A stretch of DNA of 64,000 nt from Orbicella franksi (Eukaryota). Under the pieces are notes generated by a model. It saw only the letters and a list, made by a program, of their open reading frames with translations, did not search any database and was not told the origin of the DNA. Of this stretch, positions 11,560 through 25,900 are shown in pieces; position 1 is the first letter of the stretch, and every line of letters starts with the position of its first letter. The translations under genes were made by a program, and so were the position numbers. The stretch covers positions 19,406,001-19,470,000 of the forward strand of contig OZ116703.1 of assembly GCA_964199315.1 (NCBI GenBank), read 5' to 3'.

Positions 11560-11916
11560 AGGTAATCATACGTTTTTTTCTCGTTCAATTTGAAATTAAT
11601 TTGTACGAGTGAGTTTTTCAAAAAGCTGAAACTGTACGAACCGCTTCGGCTTTTTGAAAAACTCACAATTCAGATTTTTGAAAATCTCACAATTACCTAT
11701 TCAATAATCGCGTGGAGGAAAGGCCAGAAGATCTTTCTTGACGCCATTTTTTCTCATTCGAGAAATCTTTTTTCAAAGTTTCCGCACAAAATTTTCGTCA
11801 TCATTTTACGTGATATCATTGGCTTAGAAAATTTCCCTTTGTCTTTCAGCCATTCATAATCCAGAATTACGATGCGTAATTTGCACTGGTGTTATACTTT
11901 TTGCACTGGTGTTACA

Positions 11917-11949
<33 letters not shown>

Positions 11950-11975
11950 GAACAATTTTTTCATGTACGTTATTA
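11560..11975 (+). repeat. Dispersed interspersed repeat ending in ctctcagccaatcagaatc; related copies at ~13300-13590 (+) and ~57180-57420 (-)
   Basis: Shared terminal motif ctctcagccaatca[g/c]aat and similar composition in three places. Class not determined. Confidence 0.5.
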
Positions 11976-13922
11976 ATACTAAATATATCACATTACGCTG
12001 AATAAACGATTGATGTGTTTAGCTCTGATTGTAAATTAAAACCAGACACAAACAACGATTAAAAATCTGTTATCTTGTATAATTGTTTTTAATAATAGTC
12101 ACTTCAGTCACTCACTATATTATTTCCAATATACAATTTTCACGCGTTATTCATGTTTTTACATACATTTGTCCTTTAAAATACATACGTTGATTTAAGT
12201 AGCTTACTAGCTCCCAAGACGATAATATAAGACTCACTGACTGACTGATTGATTGACAGCTTGATTGACTGATTGATAATAAATAATAAATTGATTGATT
12301 GATTAATTAAAAATACACGACCTCTTATGGGCCAACTAGCAAGGCAAGTCTTTATAAACTTAAGTAACGAGCAGTTTTTCATTGGAATAACTAACTAGTC
12401 AAATTCTTTCTGTAATTCATCGTTATCAGAAGGGTTGAGATGTATCTGGTATGCAGTGTTTTCTGTGTGAGGTAAGGGAAGTCTATACTCGAAGATCGAT
12501 CGATCTCTGCCAGCCTCCACTCAATACCAAGGTGTGCTCCCCTCGCAAGTTTGAAATGCAATTTTGGTTCAACATACCAAATACCATAAACAGTGTGAAC
12601 AATAATATAGGTCATCTTCTCGGGATTTCACCGAGTTATCGTTAAGGAGTTGATGAAGGACTGGTGAAGGTTTCCAAAATTGGATTAAAGTTAAGGGAAG
12701 GACAAAACAGGAAAAAACACTGAACTCCAAAGAGTAAGCCTGGTTTTGGTAGTTAAGATAGTGTTAAGTAAGTTTTTTTAAAAATGCATGAAAATTATGG
12801 CATTCAGATATAATAACCCTCAATAAAAACATATAAAAGGGTAAAAAAATTAAGGGTACGTATGATTTGTCCGGCAATTTGATATGAGAAGTAATTACCT
12901 TATTGAATATAATGAGTAAAGTCCTTATTTTCATACATGTTATATGTTCCTAACATTGTTTGAGTACTGCTTGAGTCGTAATTAACTTTATTGACTCAAC
13001 GTCGAACACTCAACGTGGAATTGATTACCTAAATAACACAGTAAGTGGTGTTCCCACGTTAGTAAGGGATTATTATTTCAAGCTATCAGCGCTTGACACT
13101 CAAATAAAATTTCAACATCGTTATCATTATCGCCGTCGTCGTCGCTTCGTCGTCGTCGTCGTCGTCATCATCACACGCTTAGTTAAGATTTCGTTGCATA
13201 TTGCTAGACTCACTGGGCATTCTGATACATCTGACGCTTTTGTTTTCGAGCATCTCGAAATAATGTTAAAAACAGAGGGTAGTGACGATTTGTATTGGTT
13301 ATTGTATCAACGCGAGTGCAATAAATAAGGATTTACATGACAAGTGATATTAGAAAATTCTCTCCAAATTGCACGAGCCTTTAGGGGAGTACAATCTGAA
13401 AGAATTTTCAAATATTACGAGAAGTGCAAATCCTTAAGTGTTCGAGGATTCATGCGATTGCTTGTATAAATTGGCACTACCCTCTTTAAAAATTACGAAG
13501 GAGCGCACGTTAAAAATTAATGCAAAATTACCGATAAATTGGCGAGCTCTCTCAGCCAATCACAATGAATTAATTTCTTCAGTCTTATAATAAAAAGAGT
13601 AACACTCTCATGGTTACCGTCATCAGAAAGCAAGTAATTTTAACGATGCGCAAAACTTCTTTTTATTACGAACAATGATAGTATAATAGTGAAGAATGAC
13701 ACCTAGGGGTTATTATGAACTAAAAAAAAAACAGAATTATAGTTAGGACTAAGCAAAACTGAGATGGATTATGAATGATAAACCTGATAACGCTAGGTTA
13801 TATTTTTCGCGACGTGTGGTCATAGTAAAATTTAAAAATGCTGACTAGTCTAAACTAGACTAGACTAGATTGACACGTGTCGCCGCCACTTTCGAAATGC
13901 CAATATAAACATTCTGACTAGA

Positions 13923-16900
13923 CTAGACTGTCACGTGATCGCCGCCATTTTCCATAATTTCGTCTGCAATTGGGTTGTCTTTGGCTCCGGTTCTATCGTC
14001 ATCTTGTTCGCGTGCAAACTCCAGAAAAACCTACGGATATTGTTTTAGTCGGTGAAAACGTAAACACAGAAGTGCTTTAACCGTATGTACCGTCCGGCAG
14101 TAGGGGCATTAGTTTTAGGCCTCACAAGGAGTGGGGAGGGGGCAGAAATATACTTAAATCCCCGAAAAGAAGGAAGGAGCGGACTTACCTCATATACAAC
14201 TATGCAGCAAAGTTGTTAATAATGGCATCTATGAATTACTCCTGGGTTATAAATCGATTACTTGTTCACGAAATTCTCGATGATTACCACATCTCTCCTT
14301 CAAAACGATTTTAGCCCAACAGGTTTATGTTCCTTTGAACAGATATTAGACCTCGAGTTAAATTTGTTATGAAATGGCAACGAGAGGTTGGACATTAATT
14401 AAAAGGTTAACTGTCACTGAATGATGGCTTTGAAAGGGGTGTCAGGATTTCTAATTTTTACCAAGTCTAAAATTCACCAAGTTTAAGCACCAGGGAGAAA
14501 CCAGAAAGTGAACGAAATAGCCGAGTTCTTCAGATTATTTACCATGGCTATATTTTTGTAGCAAAGAAAGAAAGAAATAATTAGTAAAAGTCAAAACTCT
14601 ACCTGTTCAAGAGTTGATTGACTGAAGCTGTACTCTTCTATCCCGATCTCTTCCTTACCTGGAAAATCAAGCAAAGAAAACTCGCTTAAATAACAAAACA
14701 AAAGGACTTCACCTTTTCATTTCATCGACGTTGACAGCACAAAAAAAAATGAAACAATAAACTGCAATATTCATAGAGGAAAGCTGCATTATTCCCTGCT
14801 GGTTTTAAAGCGGATCCTCTACCCTGGTAGAGCTGAGACATTAAGAAATGTTGATTTTTCAGGAGGGAGGAAAGCATGAGTATCCAGGGAAAAAGCCTCA
14901 GAGCAGGCTGAGGGACAAGAACCACTGACAAATTCAACCCACATATGACACCAGGCAGGATTCGAGCTCTGACCACGTTGATGGGAGTCGACCGCTCTCA
15001 ACACTATGACATCTAACAAATAGTTGCGGCTGCATGTCTCTGGATGAAACCCAGGTATGTAACCATTCTGACTTTAAGTCCGTGGATGACTCCTTAGTAT
15101 GTAGTGTGACCATCCATCCACGAAAGCTATCAATTACTGCTGTTTTTTTTGTTTTTTAATATTTTTGTAAAATGAAATTTTAGCAAGGGTTTCATTAATG
15201 TTTTCAGAAGGAGGGCAACCTTTTTTGAACTAAACTTCCTTATAGGAAGAACTTTCCTCTAGAAGGTCAAACCAGGCGAGCAAAATTGTCCTTGCATCCG
15301 GTCAATTTGCCCTATTTTGTCGGTCAATTTGTCCCTATTTTAGATTTTTTTTTTTCTTTTTCCAATTTTTGCTTTTTGAACTTGGTACTCCTGGGTTAAC
15401 ACTATCCCATTATTTACTGCCACGTTTGTCCCATACCTCTTTCGAGTTTGTTAAAGATTAGTGATAGCGCTCCTACGCCTTCTCTCGGGACCTTGTATAT
15501 CACTCTTCCACCGAACTCCTCGGACCGAGTGGCACCTGGAAGCAACTCTACAACATAATTGTGTAACCGCTCCATCGAATCATCCGTGGGGGGTTTAGGG
15601 GACTGGGTTTGAGTGAGTTTGATTTCCAAAGTGTAGCCACTGCCATAAGTACTCTTTAAATGTTGCGTCGAGCCAAGACACCTAAAGGCAGGATGGTGAT
15701 ATATTGGTCAGGTTCTTAAGGACTGGCTTTTTGTAATTCCAAATAATAGCAATGGTAAATCCATATAACCTCTTAGAAAGTATGAAAATTTAAGTAGAGG
15801 CCATAAATGAAGTGACTGGAGAGGGAATTGTGCGAACTTAACTTGCTTTGGTTGATGTTATGTTGTACAGTTTTCAAACAAACAAATTTCTAATTGATTT
15901 TGACCACGCAATTTTTAGAAGAAGATTCAAACTAAAGTCTTCATAATGGCTGGAGCAAAAGCCACTTGCTACATATTTAACTCCAACCTGGCTCCAAAGA
16001 CAAAAGACAACTTTTTTCATCCCTTGGCCTTGATGTGGTTTCTTTAGTTTTATCGAAATAGGCCAATCGGTGACAATGCGCAGTTGAGCATCTTTGCTTT
16101 CAAATGTTATAACTAACTAAATTCTGCTATGATATTCAAAATAGTGACTCACTTCAGTTGACCTTTGACCATAATACCAACTCGTGAACACAAGGCGTCT
16201 GCCTCCTCCATGGAGTGAGTGGTGAGAATGGCCCCCCGGTTTCCATGGACGTTCTTACTAATGGTGTTCCTAATCAGGGGGAGCGACACAACAGAGAAAG
16301 TGAAACATTCAGTACACTTAGAAAAATACTCGTTTTGAAAGGAGTTGGTGAAGATGGTAATGAACTAAGATCGCAGACAAGAAAAGTTTTTTTTAGGGTG
16401 CCAATACAGCAAAGAGCTTGTCACGGACGACAGAAGGTTTGGCGCGAAAGTAGCAAAACGCATCCCGTGGATGACAAGAGTTTTTGACGCGAAGAAAAGC
16501 AGACCATGGACTGCAGACGTATTCGCGAAAAATTCAGACGCGAAAACAGCGATAAGCTTCCCGTGAGTGTTGGAAGTTTTGGCTCGAAAACAGCAAAACG
16601 CTTCCGGCGGGTGACAGAAGATTCGGCGCGAAATATTCAGGCCACGTTTGACAGCTGTTTTCGCACGAAAATAGCAAAATGCTTGACAGTTTGCCAATAT
16701 TCGCCGGTAGTTTTTCACAACCAAGGTACTTTTTTCCTAGCGTCATTTCATGTCGGTAGCTGGCTGCTTACCATAGGAAACGCCTCGCGGATGGGTCCAT
16801 GCCAGTGGAGGGCTCATCAAGTAACAGCAATTCAGGGTCCCCAAGCATGGCCATGGCAAAACTGACCTGTATGAGCAAGACGAATATTTTTATTGTTAAT

Positions 16901-19900
16901 TTCTCCTTACAAATCAATACAATCTCAAACATACAAGTGTTGAGAATAAAGAAAATCATCAAGGATATATTGACTTACGAAAGACTAAAATCTCTGAACT
17001 TACATTACAAGAAATGTATGACAGCAGGTAAGGAGAAAGTCTGCCTCGACCAGGAAGTACGATGCTAAAATTGCATACAACGTAACTGGAACAATCAAAG
17101 TTAAATAGTTTGGAAAAAGCCAAAGGAACAAATGATAACCTTTCTTTTTGTTCCTCCTGAAAGATCTTTGGACCTCTTCCCAGCATGTTCTGTAATCCTT
17201 AAAGCTGACATATAGCTAACAAAAAAACAAACAAACAAAAATGTCGTCAGTAATAGCAAAGATTACCTAAATACAAAAAGCAGTTTTTGCAAACGGAAAG
17301 CAGGAGTGGCTCAGTAGGTACAGCGCTGACCATATACCAATCTGGCCTGGGTTTGAATCCAGGGGCCTGTTTCTCGGAGATCCCGACCCGGGGGTCCCGA
17401 AAAGTTTTCGCACCCGGAAAGCCGTAGCAGAACCTCAAACCTTACGATTACAGAGCTGTTCTATTTACATATTCTTAGTATGACCAGATGTTCCCTTCAT
17501 AGAAGACGTTTCAGGCGTATACCCCTCTCTATTTTTAGATAAAGATTAGAAAAAAAGATTTAAAATGGCTTTACGGGCCAAAAAAGCTTCCGGGGCTTTC
17601 GAGAAATGTGCCCCTAGACCCACTGTCATAAGTGGGTTAAGTTTGTTGTTTGTTCTCGCCTTGCTCCGAAGGTTTTTCGTCGGGTTCTCCGGTTTTCCAC
17701 CCCCCACAAAAAACCAACACCTCTAAATTCAAGTTTGATCAGGAAACAGTGGACGAGTAGCCACTCCCTGGTTGTACCACTGCTTATTTCCATTTTAATT
17801 AGTTATATTATATATTAGTTTATTTTAAGAGGAATTTACTCACTTTTCAGGAGAATATCTATACGTGTACCTATTTTTGAAAACTAGTTTCCATGTGTGG
17901 CCTACTTCAAAACTGTACCATGCATAGCAACTGTAAATATTTGACCGAAATGGAATGTTCTGCTAGACAGGACCAAAACACGACTTCAAACCCCCTTAAA
18001 GCTTGATGAGCATTCCCCCCTTCCCCGCCCCCCCGCCCCCCCCCCCCCCCACACCCCTCACTACTTGGTTGCTTTTATTTTTGGAGATACTGAGGTCAAT
18101 AATCAACTTCAATTTTTTAAGGTAACTGAGTCTGAAGCTGACGTTTTGGGCGTCAGCTCCTCGTCGGAGCCAACTGGCATACGTTTTGTCTTGACTAGCC
18201 TTGGCTATCTGTAGGCATTGAAACGTTTTCAACTTACTGCCCGACAAGTCGTTTGACTTCACCCCATGGCACGCCGCGGATCCTGGCGTAGGCTTCAAGG
18301 TGTTCCTGCAGTGTCACGATCGGCCAGAGTGCGTCTGCCTGTGGGCAGAAGCCCATGTGCTGGAATGCCTCAAATGGATGTCTGCTCATGTCATAACCCG
18401 CTACATAGATCTTGATAAAGAAAACAAAGAACAGAGTCTGAATACATAATACATAAAAAATACCGCTTACATAATAAGCTAAACGAATTGTTGACCAGTT
18501 TTTCAAGATTGACTAATGATACTTCGCTTAAAAGTACAAAGAAATTCGGATAAAACGGTCCAGTTCAGATCGCCCTTTCTTATACTAAAGGCGCATATCG
18601 GTCCAGAAGAATTATACCCCTGTTTTATGCGCCTATATAGTATAAACACGAGATGAACTATCATATCGCACACAGAAGCGCTACAACACCAGAAAAAGGA
18701 TACCACGTAAGATTTTAAACTTTCTTGAAGCTTTTCAAAGAAAAAATGGGGATAGTTCCCAGATTCTTTGATGGAATTTCAAATCCATAGAAGCTCTTAC
18801 CAAACATACATTACAAACTGTATCCCGTACGCTTTGGTCACCTGTGATCTGGCTACGGCAACTATGCAAACAAGTTTTATAGCCTTTACACGTGATCTTA
18901 ATAGTAACTGTATACTACCTTTCCCCTTGTTGGTGGAAGGTCTCCAGTTACCATGTTCAGAGAGGTTGTCTTCCCAGCTCCGTTTGGTCCAAGAAGTCCA
19001 AAGACTTCTCCTCGCTCTACACCAAAAAACAGGTCTTTGACAACTGTTTTGGCTTTCCTGCCAGTGTTGAATCTCTTCCACAACCCCTAAACAACACAAT
19101 TAAATAATAGCTTTAGCTCTTTGTTGGAACTGATGGTGTTTGACCCCAATATTGTAGTGGGTGTGATAATAACAGAGGCGCGATTTGGTTAGACTCGAAG
19201 ATCAAGAGGTCTATGCCTAATAAAATTCCATGTGTTTTATCATTATCTGTTATATTTTTGGCCGGAACGGTAGATGGAGTCACCCCGCTTTCATAGTAAT
19301 TTCCTCAGCTGAGATGTATAAATGCGAACTAACAAATTCCTGGGAAACCCTAGCCTTCTACGAAGACCGTCTTTGGGCTTGTCACACTCAGGATTGTGTG
19401 CCGAGCCAGTAGGAAACTAGAGAAACCCTGGCGTAATGCAAAGGGCGGGGGTGGGGGAGGAACTTGTGATTGATCGAGCTCTTGCGCTCTTGAACTTGCC
19501 TTGATTATAACGGAGAAAGAGGACTCTTCGATGGAAGTTTCGTTTCTGTTTAGCAGTTTCTCCTTCTCTCTTCGTACGTCGTCGTCCTCTGGTTCCGGTG
19601 ACCGAACGCTGTCAGATCGCACGAGGCTCGGACTTCCACCAACTTGACCATTTTTCTTGCCACTGAAAAAGTAAATGCAACTATACTCGCAGAAAGCAGG
19701 TAACGTTCTTTGCGGCCTGTTTTAAAAATCTGCAAGGATCCCTCAACACGCTTCTGTTTCTCTTCTTTTCTAATATTATAGTATTTTGTCTTTATAAGGG
19801 CCACGTGTTGAGAGATGCCCGTAGAAGAGTAAGCTAACGTGTCGAGAGACAGGGGACTCAAGCCACCCTCTGGTCATATGGGAGTCAACTCGTCGTAGGT

Positions 19901-22900
19901 CGTACGGGATTAACGGGACGTACGGGTCTTACGGGATTAAATGATAACAGAGGGTACGGACCGTATATGTCACTGGTTATTTGGAAAGTACAGGTCGTGT
20001 GGGATTACGGCACGCACAGGCGGTACGGGATTAACAGGAAGTAAGGGCCGTACGAGACTTACTGGTAATATGGTGCGGGATGAACTGTATGTGATAAACG
20101 GGTGGTTCGGGATAATAGGATCCTCTGTTCAAGATGCTACCCAGGACTTGCTCGGCCCTGGCTCCGAACAATGAAAAGATCTTTTCCAGAGGTCATGGGA
20201 TTCGTCACGTAGCAAGTGATCAAAGACTTTCTTGTTCCCTTTTCTGGTTTCTTCTCCCTCGGCAATAAACTTAGCCCCTGTTAGGAATATATAGGGTCTA
20301 TGTTTATTCATTATGACTCAACATACCTGCAAGTACAAGAGCACATGGCTTTACCGGCGACATTTCGTTGGTCCAGAATATAGATCAGCACAGCGAAAAG
20401 GATTGTATGAAAGACAGGCTGAGAGAAACAAAACAGAATCTTAAGTAATTATTCAATACAAGGCAATGAGATATTAATTAAAACCCAGTAAAGATAGATA
20501 CGCGAAGACAATACTAAGGTTGAGCTATAGTCGCTCTGCAATTGTCTAGCTGAATGACGTTCAACAGCTCAACAGTCCAACAGTCGTTCAACAATCAAAC
20601 CAGCTAAACCACAGTTCCACTGCAGTCGGCTTGGCAGTCACACTACCCAACATTCTTGTGATAGGCGAAACACAATCTTATAGTGCTCGTGCACAGTCAT
20701 ATCAGTCTCAATCCAGGTCACAGGCAGGCATCCCGTATTCATAGCACAGTTATACTACAGTCTTGTCAGTCACACTACAATCACACAATATTCTTGTGAT
20801 AAGCAAAACACAATACTGGACTCGTGCTTACACCACATTCCAAACACAGTCATAGCAATCTCACTGCAGCCAAGTCACAGACTGCCAAACCAAATTCATA
20901 GCAGAGTCGTACTACAGTCAGAGTCGTGGCTTTGACACCACAATTGTACAATAGTCGTGTTATACAAAAAAAGGCAAAACACGATAATGCATTGGAACTT
21001 ATAAGTCCAAGAGAGGATGGGGGATGACAATGTTAATACGTCAAACAGGACTTATTCCCAAGGTAACTCTCAAGTTATTTTTAGACAAGGTATCATGATA
21101 TTATGCAGATATTCTGTAGGCACTCAGTTATTCCACGGATAACGCTATTGATGGTTTCGTGCAGGATTTAAATGGGTGTGAACCCGTTTGGCCTGTCTAC
21201 ATGAGCAAAATCCGCGTCAAATGATTTGCTATTTCCAGACCCTCTTAAGATTTCCGCAACCGGGATTGATCTAAAAATAACTTAAGGCGGATTGTCGTGG
21301 ACTAGGGAATTAACCCTCTAACGTTCATCCTCTCTTGAACAGTCTCTGCATTTCTGCTGCAGTTGTACCACAGTCATACCTGTCGTATCGTGGGCAAACC
21401 CGCCACAATAGTAACAAAACAACGCGTGTGTAACTGTGTGTGTCTCTTTGGTTGTAGTTTTAGCACATTAACAAATGAACAAGGAACTTCTACTAAATCT
21501 AAGGCGTTGTCTACCAGGAATCCGATAATGTTACAACACCATATTATCCAATTTCTGCTCTATTATCTGTCAAGAGGTCGCTCACAGGAGGTAAAAAACC
21601 AAAATAAAATGTCAAACTTTTAGCTCTAAAAGTGGTCGCGGTCGCTTGCGAGAGGTGGTCTCTTGCAAGAGGTTCCAAATCTAGTGATTTGACTTGAAAT
21701 CTTTTGGTATTTCGGAGAACTGGTCGTTGAGGAGAGGTGATCGCTTACGAGAGGTGGTCGCAACTGGAGGTTTGACTGTAGTCGTATCATAGGCCAACCC
21801 GTCACAACAGTAACAAAACAACGCTTAAGGATTGTCGTAAGAACTCACAGCAATCAACGCAGCAGGAATGCCATTGTATTTAGTCCATTTGAAGTAATCA
21901 CTTGCAGTGACTTGCACATCAACTGATCCACCATTGGCTGTAAAAAACGCTATAGCGGACTGGTACCTGTACACCTAAACAAACATACAAACAAACAATT
22001 AAGTTCTGGTGAGAACAAGAAAACAAGAGATTTGCATTCTTGCGGTATGACAAATTAAGGATTCCCTCCGAGGATTTTTCTTCTAAGCGAGCCAATTTCA
22101 CCCAAGGTAAATGAGCTTGTCGAATGTTACAGCAAAACTCTGAGATAAATAAACGTCTGGTAGTATTTAAAGATTTTCCTTTAAGAATACTCACGGTTTC
22201 GATATAGTACAAAGCTCCGAAGACTGGATAAGGAGGTAACAGAAATACAGCCACATAGTGAATGATAATAGCTGTATCACGGCTTGCTGTCATATCCACT
22301 AACGACACCGACATGAATGGGATTAAAGCAGCCTAGAAAAAAGGATGCAAAAGAGTGAGGTTTTACGCATACGCTCTTCAAGTTCAATAACGGTTTCTGA
22401 ACATGCCTAAAGGTTACTGCTAACCAAAAAGATCGTGGCCCCTGGGAACGAGATTGCTGTTTAAGTAGCGTTAGTTTCCGCGTATTGCACAGATCACACA
22501 ATAGTTATCTGTACTTGCCACAGATCACCAGCTCTTATGATTCTTTCCCGCGCTGCCATGGACACGCACTCGTCACGGCTTCCTTTTGCTTGCCACGGGT
22601 TACATATTTTTCCAGACCCACCTCGATTACAAGTTTTCTGGATTACATATGTTATGGATTACACATTTTTTCTTCTAGTATTGATTTTTTTTTTTTTTTT
22701 TAACCACTGCAGTGACTGGCTATGGTTGATTTTCTTTGATTGAAGTCCTACTATCCAATGAGCTATTGACGTTTGCAGGGTAAATGTACTACCCGAGCCT
22801 ACTTACTGTACATACAGTTGAATCCCGCTATCTGAAACATAGTTCGAGATGCTTTCGGGGGTTCAGCCATAAGCCGATAGTAAGTGACTGGCAAGTATGT

Positions 22901-25900
22901 TCAAGGGAAAATGTTTCGAGGATAGCAAAGTTCTACTGTATCTCAAACAGAAATGCAGAATTTCACGAACGCGTTTTGTTTGTGTTTTTCACCTCTACAG
23001 ATTATCAAGTCCAATTTCTGTACCTCATGTAACGCTGTCAAGACAAACAATGTATCATTTGTAATGATTTGTCCAATCATTGCATGACTTTCCAGGATGA
23101 ACTCGCGCTATACTTACAAAGGTGAAGACATTGGGCAAAACTTGCTGGGCTACGTCCCACGAACTGAACGGGAATGACATAAGGTAAGAGAACAGTATCC
23201 CCGAGGGCAGATACAGGAGCAAAGCCATCACCAGGCAGACCATGGCGGGGGCAGGAGACAGCGAGGGTAGCTGGAAGGCTGGGATGAGTATCAGCATTAA
23301 CACCATTGGGATGAGGAATATGATGGCATCAGAGATGAAGAGCTCCAGCCAGTAAACAAATGACGACACTCCAGACACCCTTAGTAAGTGACGAATCTTC
23401 TCCTGCAAACCAAAAACAATTTTGATTATGCTCATGAAATCTTCATTAGGAAACGAACCAATGAGACGCACACACTTAAAGGAGTTACGTCACGGTTTGC
23501 GTTAAAAGTTTAGCCTACATTTTTCAAAGTCGTCGTTTGTAATCCGTGTTAATCTTCTCCATCCTTAACCATCCTTGTTCCTTTATGGTTTATTAGTATC
23601 CCTTTTGGGGTTTTCTATCTCAATAAAATATTATTTTCAGTTTTCCTTCAATTTAAAGATAATTTTTCAGGAGGCCAAACTAACTCAAAATACCGTGACT
23701 GAGCTTCCTTACTAGTAAATGACGTGTTTCCAGTAAAAACTCTCCGCTGTAATTATCATAGTTAATATGGGGAAAGGGTATGAAGCCCGACAAACCTCTT
23801 TGTTGTATAACGATGCCGAAACGTCGGATATTTCACGACATTTTAGCGACTAAAAAGACAGAGTTACTTTATTCATCTACGTTGGCGCTACGCAGTTTTC
23901 ATTTATTCTTACCTGGCGTTCTGCTACAACCGAAATACCAAAGCCGCCTGGAATAACAATGAGAGCTAAACCAATCAACAGGATGGACGTGAATGCCGTA
24001 GCGTCGTAAGTCCATTCTGGTTTGAGGCCAGGAAATGGAAGGATGGTCGTCTCCAGTGGATAAGGTGTTTTATTCTGACTCTTCAGCGCATTCATGTTTA
24101 GAATGGATCCAATGATGTTGATGCCAAGAGGTACAGAATGCACTGCTGTGTCGTTGTATCGCATCTCGATACTTGAAGAAAGATCCTGGAAAGAAGATGA
24201 GGTGAAAAAAATAGTCTAATTCAAGCTAAATAACCAAGGGTATGTCTTCGAGGTTCAAGTTGCACACTTGCACTGGACTTAAGTAGTGTAGACCATCACT
24301 TAGACGAATCCCTTGCTCTCTCAAACTGAAACTCGTTTCCCTTTCGCAATACTATTTACAATAGTTTTGTAACACCTATCTGGGACATCTTGCACTCCAA
24401 TAAGATTGCGTGTTTCAGTTTGAGGGTAAAACCCACAATCTAAGGGCGCTTTCCATTCAACCAAAATTTCCAGGACTTCAAGGTTCAAACCGGGGGAAAA
24501 TGATACGAAAATGTCCTTGGAAAATCCGAAAATTGTCAAATTTCCGAAATGCAAACTATCCAACCGAAAATTCCGGGGTGAAAATCAAAAGGAACAGAAA
24601 TTTCCAGTAGAAATTTTCGAAAATTTCGTTAAGTTCGTTTTCCCTTTTTCTGGAAATTATGGAAAATGCTGTTCTATTAGCCACTGGAAACGTCCGGACA
24701 TGCAACCCAGAAAGTTTGGGCGCATATAATTTGAATTCTGTAAAAAATAAAACTTGTGCCTTATTGCTCTAATTACCGCTGTAAGTTTAGTCAAGGAAAA
24801 CATACTTACACTGGGTTGCAACAAATTGGAGTCCGCCGGAAACTCTCGAATGTTAAATCCCAAGTTATACAAAGCATGAGATGAACTGCTCAACACACTC
24901 TTTATAGAAGATACCAGCGCGGTACCAACACTATATTCAGCCAAGTAAGCCATTACGTAGCCCATGGCATGATTGGTCGAGTTCTGTAGAAGAGCATTGG
25001 TGGCATAATCTGCGTTACTTCCTGGTTTCAAGTACAAATCAGGTGTCAGTTCAAGGGGTTGTGGTCCAGATGCTGCCGACGTTTCCTTGTCCTTACTTCC
25101 ACGGAGTATCGAAAGACCAGCGATCAACAGAATGGGAGGAACAACAACTTGGAAGAACACCTTAGCTGGGGTACGAATTGTCATTAACCAGCGAATCTGT
25201 GAAAGTATAAGAAGAAGGGAGCCATTTTAATTCAAATCTTTTAAAATCCCTTGTGTAAACATGTAAATTCTCTTGACTCGTCTCAATAGATTAGTCAATA
25301 CCTTTCCTAAGAGTATAAACGTCTGAAAAAATTTTTTTAATATAAACACCTTAAAAGAACCAGTCGCAACAAAGATTACAGAATCAGTAGTAACAACAAC
25401 AACGGATTTATAAACCCTACATTTCTTCCTTCTTACAAAAAGGATCACAATAAAAAGTGCCTCAGTCAGTGCTGGCAAATTTACCTATTTTTGCAGCGAT
25501 TTGAACATCTAAGCTGCATTGTATAGCAGGCATTGAGGATTAGACACAACTACTGTACCGAGACTGTCAATGATGCAACTGACACTATTATAATACTGCC
25601 AATGAAGTGAAAAAGTGCAACCTGCGAAAACCGCGGGAAAATGTGCAACCCGCGAAACGCGCGGAAAATTTGTATTAGCCTTGACGATGTACGACATCCT
25701 TGCTCTCATTGGTTAAAAGATATCACATGACCAACGCTGCCTCTGTCAGCATTCTGAGTTGAAATTAAGTCACGCCATGCCATTCTAGTCTATCTACGAT
25801 CAATAACATACCATTAGTAACCCTAGCAGCTGTTGTTTTGCCTTCCATACCGGTTTCTGTGTACTTTCCTTCAGTTCCGGATTATTTAGCTCCACCCCTG

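Noticed and set aside
12391-12645. Short ORFs on both strands downstream of the ABCA 3' end
   Set aside because: Under 75 aa, with no motifs and no convincing splice sites.
14189-14297. Possible poison cassette exon in the last ABCA intron (AG at 14298-14299, strong GAG|gtaagt donor)
   Set aside because: The acceptor has a weak pyrimidine tract and the gene is complete without it. Unsupportable without RNA data.
17303-17360. tRNA-like A and B boxes (also at ~14950-15012 and ~58110-58170)
   Set aside because: No complete cloverleaf, and each continues into a SINE body, so these are SINE heads rather than tRNA genes.
19895-20174. Collagen-like Gly-X-Y ORF (19941-20174)
   Set aside because: A by-product of a 9-bp-period intronic minisatellite; periodicity is broken and there are no splice or start signals.
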